Counted from the first letter of the stretch, positions 47,773-57,190 are shown. The stretch is DNA of 64,000 bases from an uncultured Thermoleophilia bacterium (GCA_963831295.1 CAWHPR010000002.1:236881-300880); one strand, 5' to 3'. The notes: generated from the letters alone by a model not told the origin. Program-made: numbers and translations.

Positions 47773-48759
47773 TCAGAACGTCGCGTAGTAGGCGACGAAC
47801 CCGGCGCCGGCGAAGATCGCCGAGACGATCCAGAAGCGCACGATGATCTTCGTCTCGGACCACGCCTTCAGCTCGAAGTGGTGATGCAGCGGCGCCATCA
47901 GAAGGACGCGCCGCCCCGTCAGCTTGAAGGAGATGACCTGCAGGGCGACCGAGCCTGCCTCGAGCACGAACAGCCCACCCATGATGAGCAACGCCAGCTC
48001 GGTCCTCGTGAGGATCGCCATGGCGGCGATGGCGCCGCCCAGACCGAGCGATCCGGTGTCTCCCATGAAGACGTCGGCGGGGTACGAGTTGTACCAGAGG
48101 AAGCCGAGACAGGCGCCGCCGATGCACCCCGCGACGACCATGAGGTCCTGGATGCCCGGGTCGTTGGTGTTGCGCGCGATGATGAAAGCGACGCCGGCGA
48201 GGGCCACCAGCACGATCGCCGAGGCGCCCGCGGCCAGGCCGTCGAGGCCGTCGGTCAGGTTCACCGCGTTCGAGAAGCCGGCGAGCGTCAGGAAGACCAG
48301 CGCGTAGAAGCCCCAGGTGCCGAGCTCGAGGCGGAAGTCGGTGAAGGGCACGTCGATCCGCGTGTCGAGCCCCGAGAAGTGCAGCACGATGAAGCCGATG
48401 AAGAGCGACAGCAGCAGCTGGAGGAGCAGTTTGTAGCGGGCGGAGAGGCCGAGCGAGCGGCGACGCACGATCTTCATCCAGTCGTCCACGAAGCCGATAG
48501 AGGCGTTGGCCAGCGCCGCGAACAGCACCGTCACCGAGGCGATCGAGAAACGGCTGAACACGATGTACGGGACGATCACGGCGAACCAGATGAGCAGGCC
48601 ACCCATGGTGGGCGTCCCCGACTTCGACTGATGGCCTTCGGGACCCTCGTCGCGCACGGTCTGCCCGAACTCGTTGGCGCGCAACCAGCGCACGAAGGCC
48701 GGCCCGATCGCCAGCACCAGCACCATCGCGGTGACACTCGACACCATCGCTCGCAACAT
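47773..48759 (-). CDS. mraY: Phospho-N-acetylmuramoyl-pentapeptide transferase
   Basis: 328 aa. KSGTPTMGGLLI, NAVNLTDGLDGLA and DTGSLGLGG. Confidence 0.95.
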   Translation of the reverse strand: MLRAMVSSVTAMVLVLAIGPAFVRWLRANEFGQTVRDEGPEGHQSKSGTPTMGGLLIWFAVIVPYIVFSRFSIASVTVLFAALANASIGFVDDWMKIVRRRSLGLSARYKLLLQLLLSLFIGFIVLHFSGLDTRIDVPFTDFRLELGTWGFYALVFLTLAGFSNAVNLTDGLDGLAAGASAIVLVALAGVAFIIARNTNDPGIQDLMVVAGCIGGACLGFLWYNSYPADVFMGDTGSLGLGGAIAAMAILTRTELALLIMGGLFVLEAGSVALQVISFKLTGRRVLLMAPLHHHFELKAWSETKIIVRFWIVSAIFAGAGFVAYYATF

Positions 48760-48762
48760 CGT

Positions 48763-50211
48763 TCAGTCCACTCCTCGCACGCTCTCCGCCGGACCGAACG
48801 CCGGTGCGGCGCCGGCGGCCGGCGCACTACCGTCCTCCCCGGCGTTCGCCGCCGGCGGGCAGGCTTCCTTCACCGCCGCCGCCACACGCTCGAAGCGCAA
48901 CGCTCGCGAGGCCTTCACGAGGACGGCGCTGCCGGGCGCGAGAGCGCCCGGCAGCGCCGTCAGCAAAGCCTCGACGGTGGGGTACCACGCCTCGTGCGGC
49001 GCGCCGCAAAGGTAGTGCCGGGCGAGATCGCCGGCAGCCACCACCTGAACGCCGGCGCGGGCGGCGTGCTCGCCGACGGCGCGGTGGTAGGCAGGCGCCT
49101 CCGCACCCAGCTCGAGCATGTCGCCGAGCACGGCGACCCGCGGACGCTCGCAGGCCAAGGCGACCAGGTGGTCGAGCGCGGCCCGCGTCGCCGTCGGGTT
49201 CGCGTTGTAGCTGTCGTCGAGCAGCAGACCGCCGCCGCACAGCGCCACGATCTCGCCGCGGAGCTCGGAGAAGACGACGGCCCCGGCGCCGGCGCGCGCC
49301 TGGTCCAGCCGATAGCCGAGCTCGAAGAAGGCGGCGAGCGCGGCCTGCGCGTCACGCAGGAAATGCTCGCCGCCGAAGTTGAAGTCGAGCGTGCTCCGGT
49401 GACCGAAGGCATCGACCAGGACGTGGGTCTCGGTCGCGCGTGACTCGGCCTCGACGATGCGGACGTCGCTGACCAGCGTCCCGAACGTGACGACGCGCCC
49501 GGCGTGCCGGTGCAGGTACGGCTCGAGCAAGGACTCGTCGCCCGGTACGACCGCCGTGCCCACGGCAAGCCCTTCGAGGATCTCCGCCTTCGCCGCGGCG
49601 ACGTCGTCGAGCGTGCCGACGAGCTCGAGGTGGACCGGGGCGACGTTGGTGATGACCGCGACATCCGGCTCGGCGATGCGCGCGAGCTCGCGGATCTGGC
49701 CGGGCCCGCGCATCGCCATCTCGACCACGGCGACCTCAGAGTTGCGCTCGATGCCCAGCAGGGTGAGCGGCACGCCGATCTCGTTGTTCAGGTTGGCCTC
49801 GGTCGCGACGACGCGCGCCAGCGGCCGCAGCAGCGCCGCGAGGATGTCCTTGGTCGAGGTCTTCCCGGCGCTCCCCGTGATGCCGACGACCTTCACCCCG
49901 GCGCCGCGGCGCACGGCGCGCGCGAGAGCGCCGAGGGCGGCGACGCCGTCGTCGACGGCGACGCACGGACGGTCGGGGCCGAGTGTCGCCGCGGTCTCCT
50001 GCCGCACGACCACCGCGGCGGCGCCGGCCGCCAGCGCGCGCACGGCGAACTCGTCGCCGTCGAAGCGCTCGCCGCGGAGCGCGACGAAGAGGTCGCCGGG
50101 CCTCAAGTCGCGAGTGTCGGTCGAGACGCCGTGCACGACGAGCGAGGGATCGACCCCATGGAGTCGCCCGCCGGTGGCCGCGGCCACCTCACCGAGGGTC
50201 AGCGGCAGCAT
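48763..50211 (-). CDS. murF: UDP-N-acetylmuramoyl-tripeptide--D-alanyl-D-alanine ligase
   Basis: 482 aa. VSTDTRDLRPGDLFVAL and GITGSAGKTSTKD. The ATG shares a base with the murE TGA. Confidence 0.93.
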   Translation of the reverse strand: MLPLTLGEVAAATGGRLHGVDPSLVVHGVSTDTRDLRPGDLFVALRGERFDGDEFAVRALAAGAAAVVVRQETAATLGPDRPCVAVDDGVAALGALARAVRRGAGVKVVGITGSAGKTSTKDILAALLRPLARVVATEANLNNEIGVPLTLLGIERNSEVAVVEMAMRGPGQIRELARIAEPDVAVITNVAPVHLELVGTLDDVAAAKAEILEGLAVGTAVVPGDESLLEPYLHRHAGRVVTFGTLVSDVRIVEAESRATETHVLVDAFGHRSTLDFNFGGEHFLRDAQAALAAFFELGYRLDQARAGAGAVVFSELRGEIVALCGGGLLLDDSYNANPTATRAALDHLVALACERPRVAVLGDMLELGAEAPAYHRAVGEHAARAGVQVVAAGDLARHYLCGAPHEAWYPTVEALLTALPGALAPGSAVLVKASRALRFERVAAAVKEACPPAANAGEDGSAPAAGAAPAFGPAESVRGVD

Positions 50212-51764
50212 CAGCCGCCGCCCGGGGCGACGTCGTGACCGCCGGTATGGCCGAGCCGCGCGAGTGACTCCGCGGCCACCACGCGGTCGTCGAAGGGGAT
50301 CCGGCGGTCGGCGAACGTCTGTCCCTGTTCGTGACCCTTGCCGGCGATCAGGACCACATCACCGGGCCGGGCAGCGGCGAGCGCCAGCTCGATGGCGCGA
50401 CGCCGGTCGGCCTCGACCGTCACCCGCCCGGACAGCTCGGCCGGCACCCCGGTGAGGATCTCCGCGATGATGACGCCGGGCTCCTCGCTGCGCGGGTTGT
50501 CCGAGGTGACGTAGCTCAGGTCCGCCAAGCGCGCGGCGAGCCCGCCCATCAACGGCCGCTTGCCGCGGTCGCGGTCGCCGCCGCAGCCGAAGACGACGAG
50601 CAGCCGCTCCGCAGCGATCCCGCGCGCTGCACGCAGCGCGCTCTCGAGCGAGTCGGGCGTGTGCGAGTAGTCGACGAGCACCGTGAAGGGCTGGCCGGCC
50701 CGGACCGCCTCGAAGCGGCCGGGGACGCCCTCCGCCTCCGACAGGCTGCCGAGGACCGTGTCGACCGGCAGGCCGAACGCCAGGGCGGTCGTCGCCACCG
50801 TCAGCGCGTTCTCGACGTTGAAGCGCGCCGTCAGGCGCAGCTCGACACGCCGCTCGAGATCGAGTCGCGACGCGAGCAGCGTGAAGGCGGCGCCGTCCGG
50901 CCGCAGATCGACGGCGACGGCGCGGACGTCGGCCGGCCGGCCCCGCGGCGCCGCGGCGCCGTCACCGGCATCGTCTTCGAGGGCGCACGTCCAGAGCCGC
51001 GCTCCGTAGGGCTCGCGGCACTCCTCCGCCAGCCGCCGGCCCCACTCCCCCGTGACGTTCACGACCGCGACCGCCCCGGGCTGGGACTCGCCGTCGCGAA
51101 GGAACAGCCGTCGCTTCGCCGCGAAGTAGCCCTCCATGTCCTTGTGGAAGTCGAGGTGGTCGCGCGAGAGGTTCGTGAAGACGACCGCGCCGTAGCGCAC
51201 GCCCGCCGTCCGCTCGAGCATCAGGGCGTGGGACGAGACCTCCATGACACAGGCGTCATCGCCGGCGGCGACCATGCGCGCGAGCAGCGCCTGCAGGTCG
51301 AGCGACTCCGGCGTCGTCAGCATGACCGGCTCGACGCGGCCGCCCACCCGGTTGTCGACGGTGCCGAGCACACCGCTTCGGCGGCCGCACGCCTCGAGCA
51401 CCCCGGCGAGCAGGTGCGCCGTGGTCGTCTTGCCGTTCGTGCCGGTGATGCCGACCACGTCGAGCCGGTGCGAAGGCTCGTGGAAGAAGCGCGCCGCGAT
51501 CAGCGCCATGGCGCGGCGCGTCGACGGCACAAGCAGCTGCGCCACGGGGAGCGGCAGTGGACGCTCGCAGACCAGCGCCACAGCGCCCCGCGCCACCGCC
51601 TCGGCGGCGTGATCGTGGCCGTCGCGGCTGAAGCCCGTCACACAGAAGAAGAGCGTGCCGTCGGCGACGTCACGCGTGTGGTAGGCGAGCGTTGCGACCT
51701 CGGTCTCTGGGTCGCCCTTGAGCGTAGCGCCGACGACCGGCTCGGCCAGCCTCTTGATCCTCAT
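50211..51764 (-). CDS. murE: UDP-N-acetylmuramoyl-L-alanyl-D-glutamate--2,6-diaminopimelate (or L-lysine) ligase
   Basis: ATG 51764. MRIKRLAEPVV...HTRDVADGTLFFCV and GITGTNGKTTTAHL. 517 aa. Confidence 0.92.
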   Translation of the reverse strand: MRIKRLAEPVVGATLKGDPETEVATLAYHTRDVADGTLFFCVTGFSRDGHDHAAEAVARGAVALVCERPLPLPVAQLLVPSTRRAMALIAARFFHEPSHRLDVVGITGTNGKTTTAHLLAGVLEACGRRSGVLGTVDNRVGGRVEPVMLTTPESLDLQALLARMVAAGDDACVMEVSSHALMLERTAGVRYGAVVFTNLSRDHLDFHKDMEGYFAAKRRLFLRDGESQPGAVAVVNVTGEWGRRLAEECREPYGARLWTCALEDDAGDGAAAPRGRPADVRAVAVDLRPDGAAFTLLASRLDLERRVELRLTARFNVENALTVATTALAFGLPVDTVLGSLSEAEGVPGRFEAVRAGQPFTVLVDYSHTPDSLESALRAARGIAAERLLVVFGCGGDRDRGKRPLMGGLAARLADLSYVTSDNPRSEEPGVIIAEILTGVPAELSGRVTVEADRRRAIELALAAARPGDVVLIAGKGHEQGQTFADRRIPFDDRVVAAESLARLGHTGGHDVAPGGG

Positions 51765-51819
51765 ACACGACGATCCTATCAAGGGCGCCGCCGTCCCCGC
51801 GCCCGTTGGCGGGCCGGTC

Positions 51820-53598
51820 TCACGGCGCGATCTCGAGGTGCTGCAGCACGAAGGTCGCGATGTCGCGCACGGCGGGCGCCGCGACCACACCGCCCCAGAT
51901 CGCCGCGCGCGGCTCGTCGACGGAGACCAGCACGATGAACCTCGGGTGATCCGCGGGCACGATGCCGACGAAGGAGGCGATGTACCCGGTCTTCGAGTAG
52001 CCGCTGCCGTCCGGCAGCGGCTTCTGGGCGGTCCCGGTCTTGCCCGCCACGGCGTAGCCGGGGATCTGCGCACTGGTGCCGGTCCCCTCCTCCACCGCGT
52101 CGGTGAGCATCGAGAGCATCTGCCTCGCCACCTTCGCCGACACCACCCGCCGCCGCTCCGGCGACGGCGCCGGCTGCGTGCCGACCTGCGCGGTGAGGGT
52201 GGGCTGCACCCAGACGCCCCGATTGGCCAGCACGCCGAACGCAGCGACCATCTGGAGCGGCGTCACGGCGATGCCCTGTCCCATGGGGAGGTTGCCGATG
52301 GTCGAGCCGGACCAGTCGCGAGGCACGATCCCGGACGACTCGCCCGGGAACCCGCTGCCGGTCGTCTCCCCGAAGCCGAAGGCGTCGACCCACTTGAGCA
52401 GCCGCTTCTGCCCCATCTTGAGACCGATCTTCACGGCCCCGACGTTGCTCGAGTGCGTGAGGATCTCGCGTACCGTGTACGTCGTGGCGCCGCGCTCGTG
52501 AGCCTCGCGCACCACGCGGTCGGCGACCGTGATCGAGGACGGCAGCTTGAAGATCGTGCTCGGCGAGACCAGCCCATCGGCCAGCGCCCCGGCGATCGTG
52601 ACCGCCTTGAAGATGGAGCCCGGCTCGTACGCGTCGGTCACCGCGCGGTTCCTCTCGAAACGGGCGTCGACGCCGAAACGGTGATCCTCGACGCACGGCA
52701 CGTTGGCCATCGCCAGGACCTCCCCGGTCTGGGCGTCGAGCACGATGCCGACGGCGGCGGTCGCAGAGTAGTCGCGCACGGTCCGCTCGAGCACCTGCTC
52801 GGCGGCGAACTGGATGTCGACGTCGAGGGTCAGCCGCACGGTCTGGCCGGGCACGGGCTGGACCTGGTGCAGGGTCTTCAGGGTGCGGCCGGACGGGTCG
52901 CGCACCACGACGGCGCTGCCCGGTCGGCCCGCGAGTTCGGCGTCGTGACTGGCCTCGACGCCGGCGATCCCGGTGTTGTCGACGCCGGCGTAGCCCACGA
53001 CCTGCGCGGCGACCCCGCCCAGCGGGTAGACGCGCGCCTCCTCGGCATAGCTACCGACACCGGGAAGCTCGAGGGCGAGCGCGCGCCGCGCCCGTTCGGG
53101 TGTGACCTGCCTGGCGACGAAAGCGAAGCCGCTGGAGCCGTCACTGAGCGCCGCCAGCACGGCCTTCTTCGTGGCCTTCTTCTTGATCTGCAGCGCGCGG
53201 CACAGCTTCTCCGACGCGGTCTCGGGGTCGTCGAGCATGTACGGCGTCGCGTAGACCGTCTGTCGCGGCTCGCCGACGGCCAGGTCGTTGCCGTCACGAT
53301 CGACGATGGACCCGCGCTGAGCGGGGAGGGTGAGCGTGCCGCGCTGCTGCCCGTGCGCGATGCTCGCCAGGTCTCCCGCCGACGAGGCCAGCGCGATGGC
53401 GCGCCCGCCCACAAGGAAGAATGCGAGGACAGCCAGCAGGCGCAGCAGGCGGATGCGCCCGTCGACGGCGTCGCCGCAGCGGCCGCCGCCGCCCGCGCCG
53501 AAGACCCTCGCCACCCGACGCACGAGGCCGGGACGTCCGCGAGCGCCCTTCGGTGCTCGCCGCCGTCCCGTCACGTCAGCGCCCCGCCGCGCCGGCAT
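51820..53598 (-). CDS. ftsI: Penicillin-binding protein (class B transpeptidase, FtsI/PBP2-like)
   Basis: 592 aa. TM anchor, PBP dimerisation region, and transpeptidase motifs (SIFK, SSN, KTGTA). Confidence 0.9.
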   Translation of the reverse strand: MPARRGADVTGRRRAPKGARGRPGLVRRVARVFGAGGGGRCGDAVDGRIRLLRLLAVLAFFLVGGRAIALASSAGDLASIAHGQQRGTLTLPAQRGSIVDRDGNDLAVGEPRQTVYATPYMLDDPETASEKLCRALQIKKKATKKAVLAALSDGSSGFAFVARQVTPERARRALALELPGVGSYAEEARVYPLGGVAAQVVGYAGVDNTGIAGVEASHDAELAGRPGSAVVVRDPSGRTLKTLHQVQPVPGQTVRLTLDVDIQFAAEQVLERTVRDYSATAAVGIVLDAQTGEVLAMANVPCVEDHRFGVDARFERNRAVTDAYEPGSIFKAVTIAGALADGLVSPSTIFKLPSSITVADRVVREAHERGATTYTVREILTHSSNVGAVKIGLKMGQKRLLKWVDAFGFGETTGSGFPGESSGIVPRDWSGSTIGNLPMGQGIAVTPLQMVAAFGVLANRGVWVQPTLTAQVGTQPAPSPERRRVVSAKVARQMLSMLTDAVEEGTGTSAQIPGYAVAGKTGTAQKPLPDGSGYSKTGYIASFVGIVPADHPRFIVLVSVDEPRAAIWGGVVAAPAVRDIATFVLQHLEIAP

Positions 53599-54001
53599 CG
53601 GCCGCTCCGGGGTCGACGGAGAGGTAGACCACCCCGGACGACGGCACGAGGTCGAGACGGCGCAGAGCGATCGAGCGGATGCGCGTCATCGACGAGAGCC
53701 GCGTGACGTCCGCCGTGAGCTGCGCGTTCTCGGCGACGACCCGACTCTGCTCCGCCGCCACCGCCTCGGTCGCCATCGTCTTCTGGACGACGGCGAAGCT
53801 GAGCGCGATGCGCCCGACGGCGAGGACCGTCAAGGCGATCGCGAAGACGACGAGCAGCCGAGGGACACGAGCCTGTGTCGCGCGCTGAGACCGCGCTCTC
53901 GGCCGGGGCGCCGGAGGCGCCGCACGGCGCGGCGCCGGCGCGACCTGCGGCCGGCGTCTCGCCGGCTCAGCGGACGCGCGTGCCTGTGCGTGCGCCGCCA
54001 C
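53576..54001 (-). CDS. ftsL: Cell division protein FtsL-like (septum formation initiator)
   Basis: Basic N-terminus, single TM helix (LLVVFAIALTVLAVGRIAL), then a coiled-coil segment. The position between rsmH and ftsI fits ftsL. Confidence 0.7.
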   Translation of the reverse strand: MAAHAQARASAEPARRRPQVAPAPRRAAPPAPRPRARSQRATQARVPRLLVVFAIALTVLAVGRIALSFAVVQKTMATEAVAAEQSRVVAENAQLTADVTRLSSMTRIRSIALRRLDLVPSSGVVYLSVDPGAADAGAAGR

Positions 54002-54013
54002 GTCGGACCCCCG

Positions 54014-54940
54014 TCAGAGCTTCACGGCGACGCGCAGCTTGGCGGACGCGCTGCGCGGATTGATCTCGACCTCGCGGGCGCGTGGCGTCACGGGCCGACG
54101 GGTCAGCACGCGCAGCGTCGGCTCGTGACCACAGACGCAGATGGGCAGACCCGGCGGGCAGACGCAGCCTGCGCTGTGACGGACGAAGAACTCCTTGACG
54201 GCCCGGTCCTCGAGCGAGTGGAACGAGATCGCGGCCAAGCGTCCGCCGGGCCGGACCACTCGGTAGGCCTCCGCGAGGCCACGCGCCAACGAGTCCAGCT
54301 CGTTGTTGACGACGATGCGCAGCGCCTGGAAGACGCGGCGCGCCGGGTTGCCCGCGCCGAACCGGGCCGGCGTGGGGATGGCGCGCTTCACGAGGCCGAC
54401 CAGCTCGCCCGTGGTCGCGACCGGGTGCCGCTCCCTCTCCCTGACGATGACGCGCGCGATGCTCTTGGCGTAGCGCTCCTCGCCGTAGCGCCGGAAGATG
54501 TCGGTGAGCTCGGCCTGCTGCAACGTGTTGACGAGGTCGGCGGCGGTCAGGCCTGACTCGGGATCCATGCGCATGTCGAGCGGGGCGTCATAGGCGTAGG
54601 AGAAGCCGCGCTCCCGGCGATCCAACTGCATCGACGACACGCCGAGGTCCATGTAGACGATGTCGGCGGAGGCGTCCTCGCGGTCGGCCAGCACGTCGGC
54701 GAAGTCGCCGTGGTAGAGGTCGACCGGGCACGGCGCGGCGGCGGCCACCTCGCGGAAGAAGTCGGCGACGCTCGGGTCGCGATCGCAGGCGATCAGACGT
54801 CCGTCGCCACCGAGTCGCTCGGCGATAGCCTTGGCGTGCCCGCCGGCCCCGAAGGTGCAGTCCACGGCGACCTCGCCGGCGACCGGGTCGGTCAGCTCAA
54901 CGAGCTCTTCGAGCAGAACCGGCGTGTGAGCGAGCGCCAT
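54014..54940 (-). CDS. rsmH: 16S rRNA (cytosine1402-N4)-methyltransferase
   Basis: ATG 54940. MALAHTPVLLEELVEL...DCTFGAGGHA...DLGVSSMQLD. 308 aa. Confidence 0.95.
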   Translation of the reverse strand: MALAHTPVLLEELVELTDPVAGEVAVDCTFGAGGHAKAIAERLGGDGRLIACDRDPSVADFFREVAAAAPCPVDLYHGDFADVLADREDASADIVYMDLGVSSMQLDRRERGFSYAYDAPLDMRMDPESGLTAADLVNTLQQAELTDIFRRYGEERYAKSIARVIVRERERHPVATTGELVGLVKRAIPTPARFGAGNPARRVFQALRIVVNNELDSLARGLAEAYRVVRPGGRLAAISFHSLEDRAVKEFFVRHSAGCVCPPGLPICVCGHEPTLRVLTRRPVTPRAREVEINPRSASAKLRVAVKL

Positions 54941-54947
54941 CTCGTAC

Positions 54948-55388
54948 TCACGGAGTCGCGAGCTCGTCTGCGGTAGCATCGGCCTCCTCCTCAAGGTGGG
55001 CCAAATAGGCCGCCCAAGCGGCGCGGTCCCAGATCTCGATGTGGTCGCGGACCCCGATGACGGTCGCTTCGCGACCGATCGCGGCGAATTGCAGGTGACG
55101 GCTGGGGAGGGTGACGCGTCCCTGGCGGTCGAGCTCCTGGTGGATGGCGCTGGCGGCGGCGAAGCGCTCGAGGGCACGCACTTTGCTCTTCAGCGTCGAC
55201 ACGCCCTGCGTCTGCTCCTCGAGAAAGCGCTCGAACCCTTCGGGTGCGTAGCCGGCGAGACAGTGTTCATGGCCGCGGGTGACGTAGATACCCTCGGCGA
55301 AGACCGGGCGCAGCCGCGCTGGGACCGCGATGCGGTTCTTCGCATCGAGCGTGCATTCGAACTCCCCCACCAGGACCGGTCGCTGCAT
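54948..55388 (-). CDS. mraZ: Transcriptional regulator MraZ
   Basis: MQRPVLVGEFECTLDAKNRIAVPARLR... with a second half ...LDRQGRVTLPSRH (duplicated DxxxR SpoVT-AbrB-like motif). An alternative GTG start lies at 55370. Confidence 0.9.
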   Translation of the reverse strand: MQRPVLVGEFECTLDAKNRIAVPARLRPVFAEGIYVTRGHEHCLAGYAPEGFERFLEEQTQGVSTLKSKVRALERFAAASAIHQELDRQGRVTLPSRHLQFAAIGREATVIGVRDHIEIWDRAAWAAYLAHLEEEADATADELATP

Positions 55389-55392
55389 GGCG

Positions 55393-55438
55393 GCCACTCT
55401 ACCCCACACTGCCCCACTTTGCAATAACAAGACCCCAC
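55393..55438 (-). promoter_or_regulatory. Candidate MraZ operator (phased GTGGG boxes) overlapping a TTGCAA-17-TAGAGT promoter abutting the mraZ ATG
   Basis: The minus strand reads AAGTGGGGTC TTGTTATTGC AAAGTGGGGC AGTGTGGGGT AGAGTGGCCG CC ATG. Three boxes fall at exact 10-nt phasing, with a fourth 21 nt upstream. TAGAGT ends 7 nt before the ATG. Confidence 0.5.
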
Positions 55439-55478
55439 TTCGTCAGCCCATGCGCGACATTGTCGGAGGACCAAGGGG

Positions 55479-55530
55479 GAGCGAGAAGGGATGCCGAGGC
55501 CGGAGAGCGAGAAGGGATGCCGAGGCCGGA
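55479..55530. repeat. Perfect 26-bp tandem duplication (2 copies)
   Basis: GAGCGAGAAGGGATGCCGAGGCCGGA occurs at 55479-55504 and again at 55505-55530, in the noncoding spacer upstream of the mraZ promoter. Confidence 0.85.
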
Positions 55531-55593
55531 TGATGCCTGCGATGCGACCGGGGGACCCGAAGGACCGCCGTGCCACCGGACGTGGTATGGGAT

Positions 55594-55626
55594 GGGCCGC
55601 CGGAAGACCCGCGGGACCGGCGGCCC
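55594..55626 (-). terminator. Terminator-like 10-bp GC hairpin after the LysM gene
   Basis: GGGCCGCCGG - 13 nt - CCGGCGGCCC, 12 nt downstream of TAG 55641-55639. No U tract. Confidence 0.4.
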
Positions 55627-55638
55627 GACGCGCCGCGG

Positions 55639-56199
55639 CTACTGCGAGGACGCGGGGACCTTCAGCTTCTGGCCGGGTGTGAGCGTCTGGAGCTCCTGGT
55701 CCGCGTTCAGCTCCTCGATCGCCGTCACGGTCGTGTCGAAGCGCGTCGCGATGGCGGAGAGCGTGTCCCCCGACTTCACCGTGTAGGTCTTCGTCCCCGA
55801 TGCGCCGGTCGGTTCGGCGGTCGGCTCCGCATCGGACTTCTCCGTGGGCGACGCCTTGGGGCTCGGTGACGCGACCGGCGATGACGCGTCGCCGCCACCG
55901 ATCACCCCGGTCCTCCACGCCAGGCTGAAGACGACGATCACGGCGACGAGGAAGACCACGGGCGCGGCCAGCCGGGCGAGCCGCACCCTCCGGCTGGGCC
56001 CGAGCGCGGCGCTGGGGCGCAGCCGCTTCGCGGCGGGCACCGGGCGCGCATCGCGGGCCGGCGGTCCCGCGGCGCGAGGCTGCTGCCGGGGCGGACCGTC
56101 GCCGGTCGCGGCGCCCCCGCGCCCGAGCGACTCGAGACGGCGCAGGGCGGCGTCCGGATCGGCGTCGTCGTAGAGGTCTCTGCCCTTGTCGTCAGTCAT
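55639..56199 (-). CDS. LysM-domain membrane protein
   Basis: The ATG at 56199 overlaps the pyrF TGA (ATGA). TM helix LAAPVVFLVAVIVVFSLAW and C-terminal LysM YTVKSGDTLSAIATRFDTTVTAIEELN...LTPGQKLKVP. Confidence 0.85.
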   Translation of the reverse strand: MTDDKGRDLYDDADPDAALRRLESLGRGGAATGDGPPRQQPRAAGPPARDARPVPAAKRLRPSAALGPSRRVRLARLAAPVVFLVAVIVVFSLAWRTGVIGGGDASSPVASPSPKASPTEKSDAEPTAEPTGASGTKTYTVKSGDTLSAIATRFDTTVTAIEELNADQELQTLTPGQKLKVPASSQ

Positions 56200-57122
56200 C
56201 TCGCGATCTCCAGCTCCCCACGCATCCGGTCGGCGGCCGCGGCGGCCGCCGCCCGATACTCCGCTCCGTCGTCGCGCCACGCGAAGATCACGGAGCGCGA
56301 CGCGTTGACCACGAACCCCGCCGCCTCGCCCTGGGCGATGCCCTGCAGCGCCGCCGCGTCCCCGCCCTGCGCCCCGTACCCGGGAACCAGGATGAAGGCG
56401 CGGGGCAAAGCCGCGCGCACCGCCTGCAACTGCGCCGGCGCAGTCGCTCCCGCGACGGCGCCGACATCGCTGTAGCCGTACCGGCCGATCGACGAAGCGC
56501 CGAGCCGCGCGACCAGATCGGCCACATGGAGATACAACGCGCGCCCCCCCGTCTCCTGCTCCTGGAGCGTCGCGGCGCCGGGGTTGCTCGTCCTCGTGAG
56601 CACGAAGAGCCCCCGGCCCTGCTCGACGAACTCGACGAACGGCGTGAGCGAATCCTCGCCCAGGTACGGGCTCAACGTGACCGCGTCGGCGTCGAGGCCG
56701 TCGACCGGCGCCGCCAGGCCCGGCGCGCCGCCGAAGGCGGCGCGCGCATAGGCGGCGCCGGTCGACGCGATGTCGCCGCGCTTCACGTCGAGGATCACCG
56801 GCAGCTCGTGCTCGTGGGCGCAACGGATCACCGCCGCCAGCGCGCTCCAGCCGGGCGCGCCGTACTGCTCGAAGAAGGCCGCCTGCGGCTTGACGCAGGC
56901 GGCCACGTCGGCGACCGCCTCCACGATGCCGCAGCAGAACTCGGTGAAGCACCCGGCGACGGCCGCCTCCTCGCCGAGCTCGGGCAGTCGCTCGCGCCAC
57001 CGCTCGAGCAGGACAGGGGGCAGTCGGTCGAGCGCCGGGTCCAGGCCGACACAGACGACGCTACGGCGTCGCAGGATGGACTCGGCGAGACGGTCTGAGA
57101 AATGCTCTGGTGCGCTGACCAC
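56196..57122 (-). CDS. pyrF: Orotidine 5-prime-phosphate decarboxylase (long, type 2)
   Basis: 308 aa. VCVGLDP, LPVILDVKRGDIASTGAAYA, PGYGAQGG. Confidence 0.9.
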   Translation of the reverse strand: MVSAPEHFSDRLAESILRRRSVVCVGLDPALDRLPPVLLERWRERLPELGEEAAVAGCFTEFCCGIVEAVADVAACVKPQAAFFEQYGAPGWSALAAVIRCAHEHELPVILDVKRGDIASTGAAYARAAFGGAPGLAAPVDGLDADAVTLSPYLGEDSLTPFVEFVEQGRGLFVLTRTSNPGAATLQEQETGGRALYLHVADLVARLGASSIGRYGYSDVGAVAGATAPAQLQAVRAALPRAFILVPGYGAQGGDAAALQGIAQGEAAGFVVNASRSVIFAWRDDGAEYRAAAAAAADRMRGELEIAR

Positions 57123-57190
57123 GTGAGCAGGACTATCGCATCGCAGTGCGCGGGGTCAAGCCGGTACGGCCGGAGACGGCGGTCGGGTGG

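Noticed and set aside
55479-55530. CRISPR array (also considered for the 18-nt repeats at 4020-4125 and the 30-nt duplication at 41901-41960)
   Set aside because: These are head-to-tail duplications without spacers, present in only 2-6 copies. Two of the three lie inside coding sequence and in frame. No cas genes are present.
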